The notes under the pieces are model-generated. The model was not told the origin of the DNA, searched no databases, and was given only the letters and a program-made list of their open reading frames with translations. A stretch of 64,000 nt of DNA from Macrostomum hystrix. Its lineage: Eukaryota; Animalia; Platyhelminthes. Location of the stretch: assembly GCA_950097015.1 (NCBI GenBank), contig CATNEN010000001.1, forward strand, positions 26,660,001 through 26,724,000, given 5' to 3'. This document shows, in pieces, positions 1-41,753 of the stretch; positions within the stretch are counted from its first letter, which is position 1; each line of letters starts with the position of its first letter. A program made the position numbers and the translations under genes.

Positions 1-355
1 GGAAATAAGGGTCTGGGGATTGGAATAAGGGTCAGGGGATGGGAATAAGGGTCTGGGGATTGGAATAAGGGTCAGGGGATGGGAATAAGGGTCAGGGGAT
101 GGGAATAAGGGTCAGGGGATGGGAATAAGGGTCTGGGGATTGGAATAAGGGTCAGGGGATGGGAATATGGGATAGGGGATTGGAATAAGGGTCAGGGGAT
201 GGGAATAAGGGTCAGGGGATGGGAATAAGGGTCAGGGGATTGGAATAAGGGTCAGGGGATGGGAATATGGGATAGGGGATGGGAATACGGGTCAGAGGAT
301 AGGAATAAGGGTCAGGGGAAGGGAATAAGGGGTAGCAGAAGGGAATAAGGGTCAG
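1..355. repeat. 20-21 bp G-rich minisatellite (GGGAATAAGGGTCAGGGGAT)
   Basis: Direct inspection. Confidence 0.95.
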
Positions 356-628
356 GGATGAGAGTAAGGGTCCTTAGATGCTGAACAGTCAACAATAACG
401 AAAGGAAATTCAGAATTGGAGAGTCAGTAACTATTGAGAGCCACAGAGGTGTGAACAGAACTCACTTAAGTCGAGCTGTAATTTTAGTGGGCAACAAAAT
501 AGCCCAGCGGGCAGGACATCAAGATAAATAAACTTGGGAATGACGACGAACGAGCGGCGGATGGCAGCAGCAGCAGCATTAGCAGCAGCAAAATTGAGAA
601 CCAAATTAGTAAGCACAAGAACACAAGC

Positions 629-29881
<29,253 letters not shown>

Positions 29882-31637
29882 GGTACACAAGTAATACAAA
29901 ATAAAAAGCTTATGCTATGTTATTGACGATTTTGTTGTTGTTTACACAGCTGTGTAAAATTTTAATTACAGATGCTTCTGAACGGAAGAAATAAAACACT
30001 AAGTCACTCTTAATTGAAATAGCTATGTAGGGCTGGCAACAGGGATTGCCTTACGCACATACATTATTAAAGTAAAGCATAATGGATTATAGCTAAAAGT
30101 TAACGCCTTAACCTCTTCCTTGAAATTCGAAATTTGACCAATAACCTGTTTCGCGTAAAGTTATTTCCCAATCGAATTATAACAAATGTTCGTATATATA
30201 CTAATGTCTATATAGTTTTTCGTAGCAGAAATTTAACAGAACATGCTTTAATGTTGATTTAAAAGCTAAAACTTATATTTGCAAATTCAAAAAAGAGCCT
30301 TTTAAATTTAGGTATTTTGTATGACTATGGATTTTTGGCAACGAATTTGCGCACTTAATGAAGTAATATAATTCGATTATAGTGTTGTGGGTTACCAAAA
30401 AAGTTACGGCGATGGCGGTAATGATCGTTACCGACCATTTGGTAACGAAGCCAAAAAATAGTATATTGGTTACTTTTAATCGTTACTTTCTGTTTTTTTA
30501 CTTGAGTCCTCCACTACTCCACTGTTGCACTCTCAAAGTGGAGGCTCAGTGAGGTTAGATAGACTGGGGTTGGGTCTTATAGCCTCACCAAATGGTGGAT
30601 AAATCGTTCAATACGACAATCGCTTTTGCCTAAACAGTGCCTGAATTCGCTAAATGTGCACATCATCACCAAGACCATCTAATTCGCCTCAGAGAGCAAG
30701 CAAGAGAGCCGCGATCTAAGCGCGAGATTCAACTTGAATTTGAAGCCAGTATTTGGAAGCAGTTAATTTAGATAAACGATCAAGTAGAAGTACATAAGTA
30801 AACGTGCCGAGCGTCTGGAGTTAATCCTCACTGGCCAAGAAAGCTGAGCAAGTTATTTACGGAGCAACAATAAAACAATAATTGATAAGAACATAAAGGA
30901 GAATTTAATGTAATTTATGGCTGAGCAAACTGTCTTTATACAATTGTTGTCATGCCTCTCATAAGATGTTTTTGTACATTAATTATAGGCATGAATCATT
31001 GTGTCATTTGTAACGCGCTCGCTGCACGGCCTTGTAGACAAGCTTGGGAGGGCTGTGCTCCTCAACGGTTTTGCTCTGTGCGTCTTTTGGGACTTTGATG
31101 GCCCTCAAAAACATCCTCTTTGATGCGTTCTGCAGAGCTCTGTAATCGAGAAACACACTCGTTGCTCACCAGGTGGAACTGATCAGTCAATTAACATTGC
31201 GAAATTTTCTAGACTGCTATTCGAGGTACTAAGCTACTAATAAGTTTAGTACTTTCCCTATAATTAAAGCAGTTGGGTATAAGCAACAGTACTTTTTAGT
31301 CCTAAATTCGCACTGTCTGGTGTACACTATTTTCAATTGAAAATGGCTCCACGTTACTTCAAATAGCAATGAGTCAACGGACAATGCGCTCGGTTGCACA
31401 AGCAGTTATTTCAGAGCTTGATAGAAACGATAAGAGGTGAAACAATTTTCAAGTCATAACTTGATATTATATTCGTATGACTGAAAGTTTTTCCAACCAA
31501 ATTGGCTGATAAGACTCAAATAAAGCTTCCAGAGGAATATTTCTGCTAGTGCACAATTTTTAGCTTACTTAACTTTGAAAACAACTGTAAGAACGCCAAG
31601 CTTTAAGTAGCGATCTCAAGCAGAAGCCACTTTGAGA

Positions 31638-31666
31638 ATGATCTCTAGCAAGAATTTGTTTGTTCC

Positions 31667-31699
<33 letters not shown>

Positions 31700-34031
31700 G
31701 ATGAAGGTCGTATTCGGCTCTGGTGGAGTCTGGCTCGGTAATTCACTTCCCTGTTATCTTTGTTAGCTAATTAGTTGGCATTTAGTTTGCGCTATGACTC
31801 TATCTAAACTTTCTGAAATATAACCATGTTTTGATAAGGTTGTAGCCTTGTGGTTAAAGCGTTGGACTCACGACCTGAAGGTCGGGGGTTCGATTCCCGA
31901 CTCCAACTGGAAACATTTGTATCCTTTAGCAAGGCACTTAACTCTGCATTGCGCGGTGTATCTGAAAACTGCGTACGGCTGTTCAGTCCATGGACTGGGG
32001 GACGCCACAGCCACCCTCAATTACCCCAGCTATGCTGGTACCCATTTAACAGCTGGGTGATAATGAAAGTGCTGAGTAAACCAATGTAAGGCACAATGCT
32101 AATTTGAGGTTCCTGAAAATTCCTGAACATAAAATTAATAGTACACAAAACGAGTCACTTTGATGGCCATGTGAGCAAGCCCCTTCTCACCTCCGCCCAG
32201 AGGAGGGGTGGGTGCTGACGCAGAAGTCGACCAGCCAGTGTGCTTTGTACCACAAGCCCAAGCTGTGTAAGCGTGCAACAAATGGAACAGGAGCAAGTTA
32301 AGAATGAGCAGTGATTAAATTGGATAAATACGATGCCTTGCAGGCACCGCACCCATCTGCCGGTCGCAGTCGGCCACCAGTTGTCACCAGCTAGACCTGC
32401 TGTTCGATAGGTCCGACGCCGCTGGCGAAGGTGGTACCTGCTGGACTGGCGAGAAGGTTCTGTGCCGGAAGCGGCCGCTAACAAAACCGCTGGCCAGCAC
32501 CGAGGCGGGCAAGTTGACGGTTGTGTCCTACAATGTGTTCGCTAGGCCTTTCTTGGTGTCGCACGATGGACAACGGGAGAGAACGTGCCGCATTCCGAGA
32601 GGTGCGTTTACCATTTCAAACATTGTTCTGCGTTCAGCTAACATTGAGGGCATGTATTTATGAAAGACTGGGTCATGAGGACTTGTCGGGCGAAAGCTTA
32701 CCATGCACAGATTTATGCTGTGCCCCTCAGCTCTGCTTGCCGAGGTTCCGGACGCTGACGTGATCGTCTTCCAGGAGGCATTCCAGCCTGGCTGTCTCGC
32801 AGACAACAGCGAGGCGTACAGCCTTCGCGGCCTACTGCGCAGCTACGGCTTCGAGCACTCGACGCGCACAGTGGGCGTGCGCCGCTGGGGTCTGCGCATT
32901 AACGGCGGTGTGTTCATCGCCTCCCGGTGGCCGATTTTGCGGCAAGCGCAGGCGGTGTACCGCAGCGCACATCCTGCCAGCGCGGATTCCCTGGCCAACA
33001 AGGGCGTTGTGCACGCCAGGATCGACAAGCAAGGTGCCGTGTACAACGTGTTTGGCACACACCTGCAGGTGTGAGAGAGTAGAAAGATGAGACTTGTTTA
33101 TTGTACTCTGGTCTCTTACGTCTAGACATATTACGAGATTTATTTTCGTAAAATTATTGAAACAAGTTGAAATCTTGGCCCGAAATGTTTGTTTTCAACT
33201 CGAGAACAGTTATGAAGAAATTCAGCGAAAATTTGAGTCTCACTAAGGGGTTTCGACTGGATTAGTATATGTGCTGAGTCCTATGTACAAGGGTAGATAT
33301 AGTCATATTGACAAAATTTACCAAAGCCATCAGAGAAGCTTTAAAATTAATTTAGATTTCGAAAGCCTCTACGCCTTATGCTTACTGACTAGATGTACTG
33401 ACTCATTAAAGCTTGTTGCCTAGGGAGCTTGAAATTCGGCTTATTGTGGTTGTCACTCCAGTCCATAGACTGAACTTGTTTACTTGTGGCCTTTAAAAAC
33501 ACCGCTGGGCCTAACTGTACGCCTTTTATTCGCCTTTTATTCTCCTAGGCCGAGGACGGTGCCGAGTTCGACGCCTACCGCGAGCGGCAGGCCGATGAGC
33601 TGCGCAGTTTCGTCCAGTCTCGCGAGCTGAGTCCCGACGAGCCAGTCCTTATCGCTGGTGACTTTAACGCCGACCTGCTCGCCAACAGGGATCACGTGAG
33701 TCGCCTGCTGCAGCGACTTAACTCCAGCCTGCCCCGGCTGCGGGGTCAGCTGAGGGCGACCTACGATCCGAAGCAGAACGACGTTGTGGAACGCGGCATC
33801 AGCGCAAGCCAGTGGCTGGACTATGTCGTTGTTAGTCGAGTCCATAGGCAGCCAGCATCAGCCAGCATTCGCGCGGTCCGCCTGCTGGCAGACGCTCCTG
33901 TGGATCTGTGCGTCTCGGCGCCGCTGCAGCCCAGTTACGTTGCGCACGACTCCAGCGGATGTGGCGAGGCGCTGAGGACGCGCCACCTGTCCGATCATTT
34001 CCCTGTGGTTGGAGAGTTTCGATTCACCTAA
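31638..34031 (+). CDS. Secreted sphingomyelinase C-like phosphodiesterase (EEP/DNase I-like fold), 4 exons, ~392 aa
   Basis: Exons 31638-31737, 32344-32601, 32731-33068, 33549-34031 (1179 nt, phases consistent). Poly-Leu signal peptide; motifs SYNV, VFQEAF, NGGVFIASRWPI, DSLANKG, GTHLQ, AGDFN, WLDYV, SDHFPV. Confidence 0.85.
31838..32060 (+). mobile_element. tRNA-derived SINE family B (CORE-like), rearranged
   Basis: GTAGCCTTGTGG A-box, GGTTCGATTCC B-box, CCTTTAGCAAGGCACTTAACTCT core; the 3' part is in the opposite orientation. Confidence 0.75.
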
Positions 34032-34159
34032 AAATAACCATATTCTGTTACTAATTGTAGCTATGATCGTAATAATAAGCCTATTAATAATTGATTTCAC
34101 CTACCCCATTGGGCGAGATGTGCAGCCGACAGCACAGCCGCAGCTACTGCAGCTATTGC

Positions 34160-34353
34160 TACAGCTGTTCAGTCCGCATAGAACCTCAAATACCCCAGCT
34201 AGTGCTGGTACCCATTTACTTAAAAGTTGTGAACTGAAGCAACGCAGAGTTAAGTGCCTTGCTAAATGACACCAATGTTTCCTGTGGAGTCGGGAATCGA
34301 ACCCCTGACCTTCAAGTCACGAGTCCAACTCTTAAACCACAAGGCTACGACCT
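34160..34353 (-). mobile_element. tRNA-derived SINE family B
   Basis: Reverse complement of the 31838 head plus TAAATGGGTACC body. Confidence 0.75.
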
Positions 34354-35120
34354 CCTTGCCTCCTCCACGGATCAATGCTCCTTTGATACTTCACCAAGGA
34401 TCAACTCTGTGATCGTATTAGCTCCTTAAAATAAATGTGAGTAGATATTCTACCCCGAGTTGCAACAAATTTCTCTGAATTAAAATGTGTCACCTCGAAA
34501 ATTCGCAGATGGTTTGAAAGCGTGGTGCATTCGTTGCTTTCAACTTGTTATTTGTAAATGGTCTTTTTGCGCGAGGAACTATTTAAATGCATTGTTGTCT
34601 TCATTTTTGCACACAAAGTCCAGTATTCTTTGCTATAATTGCATTCAGCAATTTTCGTGATTGAAGAGTTCCATAATTACCTTATAACTTTACCTTTCTT
34701 GAAATAAACTGTTGATAAACAATAGTAAAAGAAAAATAATCACATCTGGAAATTGAATGCTTAATAACTGTCGATCGTCGTGTTCGCATTTACAACGTTC
34801 TACTCGTTTTAATTATGTAATAATTCTCCAAGGTAGGTAATTACCAAACGGAATAATATGTCATCTCACGATTGCGAGAACACCTGCAGGCACCTGGCCA
34901 GTAACAGTTCGCAAGTTCGTGAGCTGCAGCTGGACAATTTGGACTGAATGAGTGCAAACTATTTGGAAATCAAGAATAGAATTTGGTACTTCACTAGGAC
35001 GCATATAGCAATCGAACCAGTATTAAAGAGCATTTTGTAATTCACTCGATTCCTAATTAGAGTCAACAGCGTTATCACGAATGATTGATGAGGCTGTTTT
35101 GATCTGATTGAGTTGCCGAT

Positions 35121-35622
35121 CTACCACTGGCTGACAGCTGCAAGGTTTCCTTTCTGAACATCGTCGCGAACGTTGGCCTTTAACACCTTGCCCTCTTCGT
35201 CGACCACCAGCAGGCAGGGGATGCCGCTGACCTTGTACTGCTGCGCCAGTCCCGTGCGCTCCGGGGCATTGAACGGCACGACATAATAGTTGCCGTGCGA
35301 GTCGTTGAAGTAGCTCAGCATCGAGGCCTCGTCCCGGTCGCAAGACACGAAGACGCACTCGACATTCGGGTTGGACTTCTTCATCTGAAAATTGCAAAAT
35401 ATTTCAGCTGTGCTTGTAGCCGAAGAAGGATTAATAAATTAAAGTACAAGCAGTGTTGACCTCTTCGAAGAACTCAGCCAGCATCGGTGTGAAATTGCGG
35501 CACGGCGGACACCAGTGGGCTGAAAAGTACAGCATGACTTTCTTGCCCTTGAACAGGTCCTCGCCTTTGTGGCTAGCCTTCGATTTGTCGAGCACCGTGA
35601 GCTTCAGCGGGGTGATAGACAT
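35121..35622 (-). CDS. Nucleoredoxin/tryparedoxin-like single-domain thioredoxin-fold oxidoreductase, 2 exons, 141 aa
   Basis: Exons 35461-35622 and 35121-35384; [38 protein letters not shown]. Confidence 0.92.
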
Positions 35623-35724
35623 GCTTGCCGAGAATGAATGCTCAGTTGAGTACAAATGCTTGTGTGCCAAGGCTGTTGCGATAAAGCGAATTCGTAGTTA
35701 ATGAGTAGAAATAAATGTTGCTCT

Positions 35725-35732
35725 CTTTTATA
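35725..35732 (-). promoter_or_regulatory. Candidate TATA box of the nucleoredoxin-like gene
   Basis: TATAAAAG on the minus strand about 100 nt upstream of the ATG. Confidence 0.5.
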
Positions 35733-36199
35733 CCCCGTCGAATGAATGCAGAGAGGCCACGGAGTGTGCGCTAGTATGCGGTAAATATCAACGTTAGGCT
35801 GACGTAGAGCAGACAAAACCTCTGTCCAACAGATGCAGCCCGACTTGTCTATGGCTGCGGGGGGGCGCTGGGGAGGGCGTATTTGTCCGATCTAAAAATG
35901 TACGCAGTTAATGTACGCAAAATACTATTCGTAAATGCTGCACAAGTGTCTCGCCAGTTATGGGCGGTGACTGTACAACCAATGTGTAATTCTCTCTCCC
36001 CTCAAGTGTCTTATCTAGTTGATCTATCTCTTCTTGCTTTCTCTCTCGTAATTCGGGTAAGAGCTGGTTTCTCACCCCTTGGAAATTTACAGCTGGGTTC
36101 CTACACTAGAACCTGAAATAACACCACAATCTGAGCAGGGGAACGATTTCATTGGTTCTGCGATTATGGCTAAATGGGCATAGCTATGGAGCTTCAGAT

Positions 36200-36620
36200 A
36201 CGATTCTAGCTATCCATGCTGCTGCGATTCTAGCTATCTATGCTGCTGCGATTCTAGCTATCTATGCTGCTGCGATTCTAGCTATCTATGCTGCTGCGAT
36301 TCTAGCTATCTATGCTGCTGCGATTCTAGCTATCTATGCTGCTGCGATTCTAGCTATCTATGCTGCTGCGATTCTAGCTATCTATGCTGCTGCGATTCTA
36401 GCTATCTATGCTGCTGCGATTCTAGCTATCTATGCTGCTGCGATTCTAGCTATCTATGCTGCTGCGATTCCAGCTATCTATGCTGCTGCGATTCTAGCTA
36501 TCTATGCTGCTGCGATTCTAGCTATCTATGCTGCTGCAATTCCAGCTATCTATGCTGCTGCGATTCTAGCTATCTATGCTGCTGCGTTTCCAGCTATCTA
36601 TGCTGCTGCGATTCCAGCAG
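36200..36620. repeat. 24-bp minisatellite (GATTCTAGCTATCTATGCTGCTGC)
   Basis: Direct inspection. Confidence 0.95.
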
Positions 36621-36977
36621 TAGAGCTCTTGCTTCGATTCAAAGTTAGCTACAGTTCCTGCCGACCTTCGGATATCCTGTACAGTGCTGTGACTTGACTG
36701 ATGCACTTTTACAGGGGAATTCACTTGGTGTCTGTCAGCAATGATTAATTAATAATGACGATCATGACTAATCACAACATAATTATTTGGCTCACTCCAC
36801 CTGCAGTATAGTACAATACGCTAAGTACAATAAACAGTCACTAAGCCACTCAATACTTCGCATAACTGAAGAGAAAATAAAGTGCCCATGGAGCTCAATG
36901 CAAGACTGTTTAACTGTTTGAGAACTGCAGCTGCATAGAGCACGTACAACAGGAGCCCAAGCAAACCAGACTAGAGT

Positions 36978-37397
36978 TGAGACACGGGAGAGATCAGATA
37001 CGGGTGAGATCAGACACGGGAGAGATCAGACACGGGTGAGATCAGACACGGGAGAGATCAGACACGGGTGAGATCAGACACGGGAGAGATCAGACACGGG
37101 TGAGATCAGACATGGGAGAGATCAGACACGGGTGAGATCAGACACGGATCAGATGAGACATGGGTGAAATCAGACATGGGTGAGATCAGACACGGGAGAG
37201 ATCAGACATGGGTGAGATCAGACACGGGAGAGATGAGATATGGGAGAGATCAGACACGGGAGAGATGAGATATGGGAGAGATCAGACACGGGTGAGATCA
37301 GACACCGGTGAGATCAGACACCAGTGAGATCAGACACGGGTGAGATCAGACACCGGTGAGATCAGACACGGGTGAGATCAGACATGGGTGAGATCAG
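36978..37397. repeat. 16-bp minisatellite (GAGATCAGACACGGGW)
   Basis: Same family as 12570-13297. Confidence 0.95.
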
Positions 37398-37940
37398 AGT
37401 CTTCGACTCAGAGAGTTTGAGGCCGCAGCTATGAGCCCAGCGTTCGGCACGGTGGATGAAAGCTTGCAGAAGGTCTCTAAGGACCGGGGGTGACGGTCCA
37501 GCCCCCATGGCGGTGACATCATCGTCAGCGTAGCCGATTTTCTGGACCGGGTCCGTGTCAGGGCTGCAGAGCAGCTCGTCCATGACAAGTTTCCAAAGGA
37601 TCGGACTAAGAACGCCACCCTGCGGGCCTCCCTTCTGGACTTTCACAGAACTGGAGTGGCCAAGCAGGCGCGAGGTGGCAGTTCGGTGAGAGATCATGTA
37701 CAGGATCCAGCGGGTGAGATGCACGTCCGTAGCCTTGAACAGGTAGCAGAGGAGGCCAAAGAACCTGTCATTTTTCACCGCTTCATGCAGGAAGGCGGGG
37801 TAAATGTTGTCAGGTCCAGGCGACTTGAAAGGCGAGAAGGAATTGGCAGCGCGAGCTGTCCGTTCTTTAGTGATAATGGTGGCCGCTATAGGATGTGTCC
37901 ACCCGGAATGTGGTTCGGCGGGTCCTGCAGCGGCATGTAC
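37396..37940 (-). mobile_element. Non-LTR retrotransposon RT fragment (R1/LOA-like), internally deleted
   Basis: SFSPFKSPGPDNIYPAFL, KGGPQGGVLSPILW, GYADD, GLKLSESKT. Confidence 0.85.
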
Positions 37941-38002
37941 AGGTGATTTTGGGCACAGGTAGGAGATTTTGTGTACAGGTGGGGCATTAATGTACAGGTG
38001 GG

Positions 38003-38190
38003 GACATTAAATCATGACAGGCTAGACATTTAATCATGACAGGCTAGACATTAAATCATGACAGGCTAGACATTAAATCATGACAGGCTAGACATTAAAT
38101 CATGACAGGCTAGACATTAAATCATGACAGGCTAGACATTAAATCATGACAGGCTAGACATTAAGTCATGACAGGCTAGACATTAAATCA
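38003..38190. repeat. 22-bp repeat (GACATTAAATCATGACAGGCTA)
   Basis: Direct inspection. Confidence 0.93.
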
Positions 38191-38204
38191 AGTTCCCCAA
38201 GATT

Positions 38205-39484
38205 TTGAGACAGTCACACTGGATTATGAGACTTTTACACTGGATTATGAGACTGTCACACTGGATTATGAGACTGTCACACTGGATTATGAGACTGTTA
38301 CACTGGATTATGAGACTGTTACACTGGATTATGAGACTGTTACACTGGATTATGAGACAGTCACACTGGATTATGAGACATTCACACTGGATTATGAGAC
38401 TGTTACACTGGATTATGAGACTGTCACACTGGATTATGAGACTGTTACACTGGATTATGAGGCTGTCACAACTGGATTGTGAGACAGTCACACTGGATTG
38501 TGAGACAGTCACACTGGATTATGAGACAGTCACACTGGATTATGAGACAGTCACACTGGATTGTGAGACAGTCACACTGGATTATGAGACTTGTCACACT
38601 GGATTATGAGACTGTCACACTGGATTGTGAGACAGTCACACTGGATTGTGAGACAGTCACACTGGATTATGAGACTGTCACACTGGATTATGAGACAGTC
38701 ACACTGGATTATGAGACAGTCACACTGGATTATGAGACTGTCACACTGGATTATGAGACTGTTACACTGGATTATGAGACTGTCACAACTGGATTGTGAG
38801 ACAGTTACACTGGATTATGAGACTGTCACACTGGATTATGAGACAGTCACACTGGATTATGAGACAGTCACACTGGATTATGAGACTGTTACACTGGATT
38901 GTGAGACTGTCACACTGGATTATGAGACAGTCACACTGGATTATGAGACAGTCACACTGGATTATGAGACTGTTACACTGGATTATGAGACAGTCACACT
39001 GGATTATGAGACTGTTACACTGGATTATGAGACTGTCACACTGGATTATGAGACAGTCACACTGGATTATGAGACAGTCACACTGGATTATGAGACTGTT
39101 ACACTGGATTATGAGACAGTCACACTGGATTATGAGACAGTCACACTGGATTATGAGACTGTTACACTGGATTGTGAGACTGTCACACTGGATTATGAGA
39201 CAGTCACACTGGATTATGAGACAGTCACACTGGATTATGAGACTGTTACACTGGATTATGAGACAGTCACACTGGATTATGAGACTGTTACACTGGATTA
39301 TGAGACAGTCACACTGGATTATGAGACAGTCACACTGGATTATGAGACAGTCACACTGGATTATGAGACTGTTACACTGGATTATGAGACAGTCACACTG
39401 GATTATGAGACAGTCACACTGGATTATGAGACTGTTACACTGGATTGTGAGACTGTCACACTGGATTATGAGACTTGTCACACT
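38205..39484. repeat. 21-bp minisatellite (CTGGATTATGAGACWGTCACA)
   Basis: About 60 units. Confidence 0.97.
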
Positions 39485-39626
39485 CGAATGTAAATTGATT
39501 ATCCAGGATTTTTATTTTGAACATTATTTGGTCTTCGCATGGTTAATTGGGATCACTTTAATTTAACAGGGATCACATACTATATTTATATTGCAGCTTG
39601 CTTGCAAAGGTAAGACTGCTACCATG

Positions 39627-39703
39627 GCCCCTAAGCCTTCTCTCTGAGCCCCAAATTAATGAGGCCTCGCCGCAGAATCGAGCTCAGGGATCTTGGTGCG
39701 AGA
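39627..39703 (-). mobile_element. SINE family A fragment
   Basis: GGCCTCGCCGCAGAATCGAGCTCAGGGA..TTGGTGCGAGAG. Confidence 0.7.
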
Positions 39704-39841
39704 GTCTGAGTGAACTGAGTGATTTGGTCTGAGTAGTGATCTGATCTGGTTTATCTGACTGACCTGATCTGACTGATTTGAGTGACCTAAGTGATCTGAG
39801 TGATCTGAGTGATCTGAGTGATCTGAGTGATCTGAGTGATC

Positions 39842-40805
39842 CATAGATATTTTCAGAGTGGAACGAAAAATCATTGAGGGCGATGCCTTCTATGCTGCAA
39901 ACGCGACTCTGAAGGCTATGGCTCGGAAGTTTATTTCCGAGGGCGGCGGCGCGAAGCATTTTCAAGCTATCCAACTGGAAGACGTGCAAAAGTTATCGAG
40001 CTACTTTGACAGGCAGTCTCCAACGACTCTGCTGCAAGATGGTTGCAAGATTACAACATGGTTTACTATTTGGGTAATCGCGGTCGCGAATGGCTGAGGG
40101 ACCTGAAGGAAGACATCTTCGTGTTTGAGACGATGTCGGATGGTAAGCAAGCAGTGCGCCTGTTGGCTGGCAAAGTCCAAGCAACGCACTCGGTCGGGAC
40201 CCCTGTGATGATGTGAAGGAGGCGCTGATGATCGAGACAGCTGAAAACTGCCCCGTAGCGGCGCTCCGAATGTATCTAGACAAACTTCGCGAGGCTTTGC
40301 CTTGAAGTTTGGCTTCAACGTGCACTGCACCGTTTTTCTTGAAACAAAAAACGACCAGGTGGAAGAACTCGAACTGGTATTGCGCTTCGCAAGCGCTTGG
40401 TGTGAACACCCTAGCAACCATGATGACCAAGATATCGGAGGCTGCCAGTTTGAGCAAGCGCTACACGACGGCCCATTGTATCCGTCCGACTGTCATCAAG
40501 GAGTTGTCTGATGCTGGTTACTCGAATGCCGATATCTGTAAAGTGACTGGTCACAAGCAGGTCACAAACGGTACCTGCAATTCGGAAGTCGACGCACATC
40601 CGAGATGCGGGCCATGTGCAGCGCACTGCATTCATCGCTGCATGGAGCTAACCCATCCATGGGCGACACAAATCGAATGGAGACGTCTATGCCAGCAGAG
40701 CGCGCTGTGGCTAACACCGGCAACCATGCCGAGCCCCGACAGGTCATCTTGACACTCAACTTTCATGGAAACGTGAGTGGGTGCACCTTTAATTTGCCGA
40801 AATGA
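39842..40805 (+). pseudogene. Frameshifted Crypton-like tyrosine recombinase (DUF3504/KCTD1-ZMYM-related)
   Basis: Across frames: YYLGNRGRE, CPVAALRMYL, WYCASQALGVNTLATMMTKIS, AHCIRPT, VTGHK, NVSGCTFN; several frameshifts; 5' truncated. Confidence 0.8.
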
Positions 40806-41753
40806 CGGTACCTTTTTACATCTACTTTAAAATGGACAATACTGCGAAAGTGACGCAGACCTCTCATACAGGTCTTTGCGTCAAATTGCGTCTGTTGTTT
40901 CGTCAAATTGTTAATTAAAATATACACTCTGATAAACCATGTTAAAGTTTTGCCATAGACATAAATAATCTGCACGTTTTTTATTATCAGCGCTTTTTTT
41001 GAATAGATTGACTATAGGATTTTACCATAGACATCGACGTTATCTACACGCTTGAGCGTTGAACAATGCACATTAATGCTTTTATTTTTTGAATGTTTCA
41101 CAAGAAAATATAAATTCATATACTAAGAGAAACGAATATTTATAATATTCGCAAGACAACTCGCTAGAAAACAGTTCTCAAAGCAATATTTCAAATTAGT
41201 TTATTAGTAAATTATTTTATAAAAATGCAGCAACTTCATTAATAGAGGAGCTCACTGAATGCAACGCTAAACAATGGTGGGCTTTGGTTAACAAAACAAA
41301 GAGCAGTTATGTATATTCTTCTGCACCATTTTCAGTGTTATTGTTAATGCAGCGAACTGGAATGACGTTAACACTGAAAATTAGTGCAGAAAACATTGCT
41401 ATGTGCTTTCGTTTATGGGAATTAACAGCGAGGCGCAGAGTGAGAAGGGTGTGAAAGCCCCCCTTTCTACCATAGATAAAAATGTTTGACTAAGCTTCCT
41501 TACATTTGATCGACTAAACTATAGTCTATGGACTAGAGCGACATTAATACGCACTGGATGTCGAAAAGGACATTACCGCGCATCCTACGTGCGTCTTAAT
41601 GTCACCAAAAGTACATAGCGATTTCTATCATATTGGGATCTGGGATACCGGATTATAATCGTGACCGAATAAAGGAATACCGATAAACGCATATAGTTCC
41701 AATATCTCCGGCGATAGTCAGCCACCGTCGCAAAGACCGGATCTCCAATTCTG

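Noticed and set aside
31838-31910. Possible tRNA gene
   Set aside because: It continues into a CORE-like SINE body and has a diverged second copy, so it is a SINE head.
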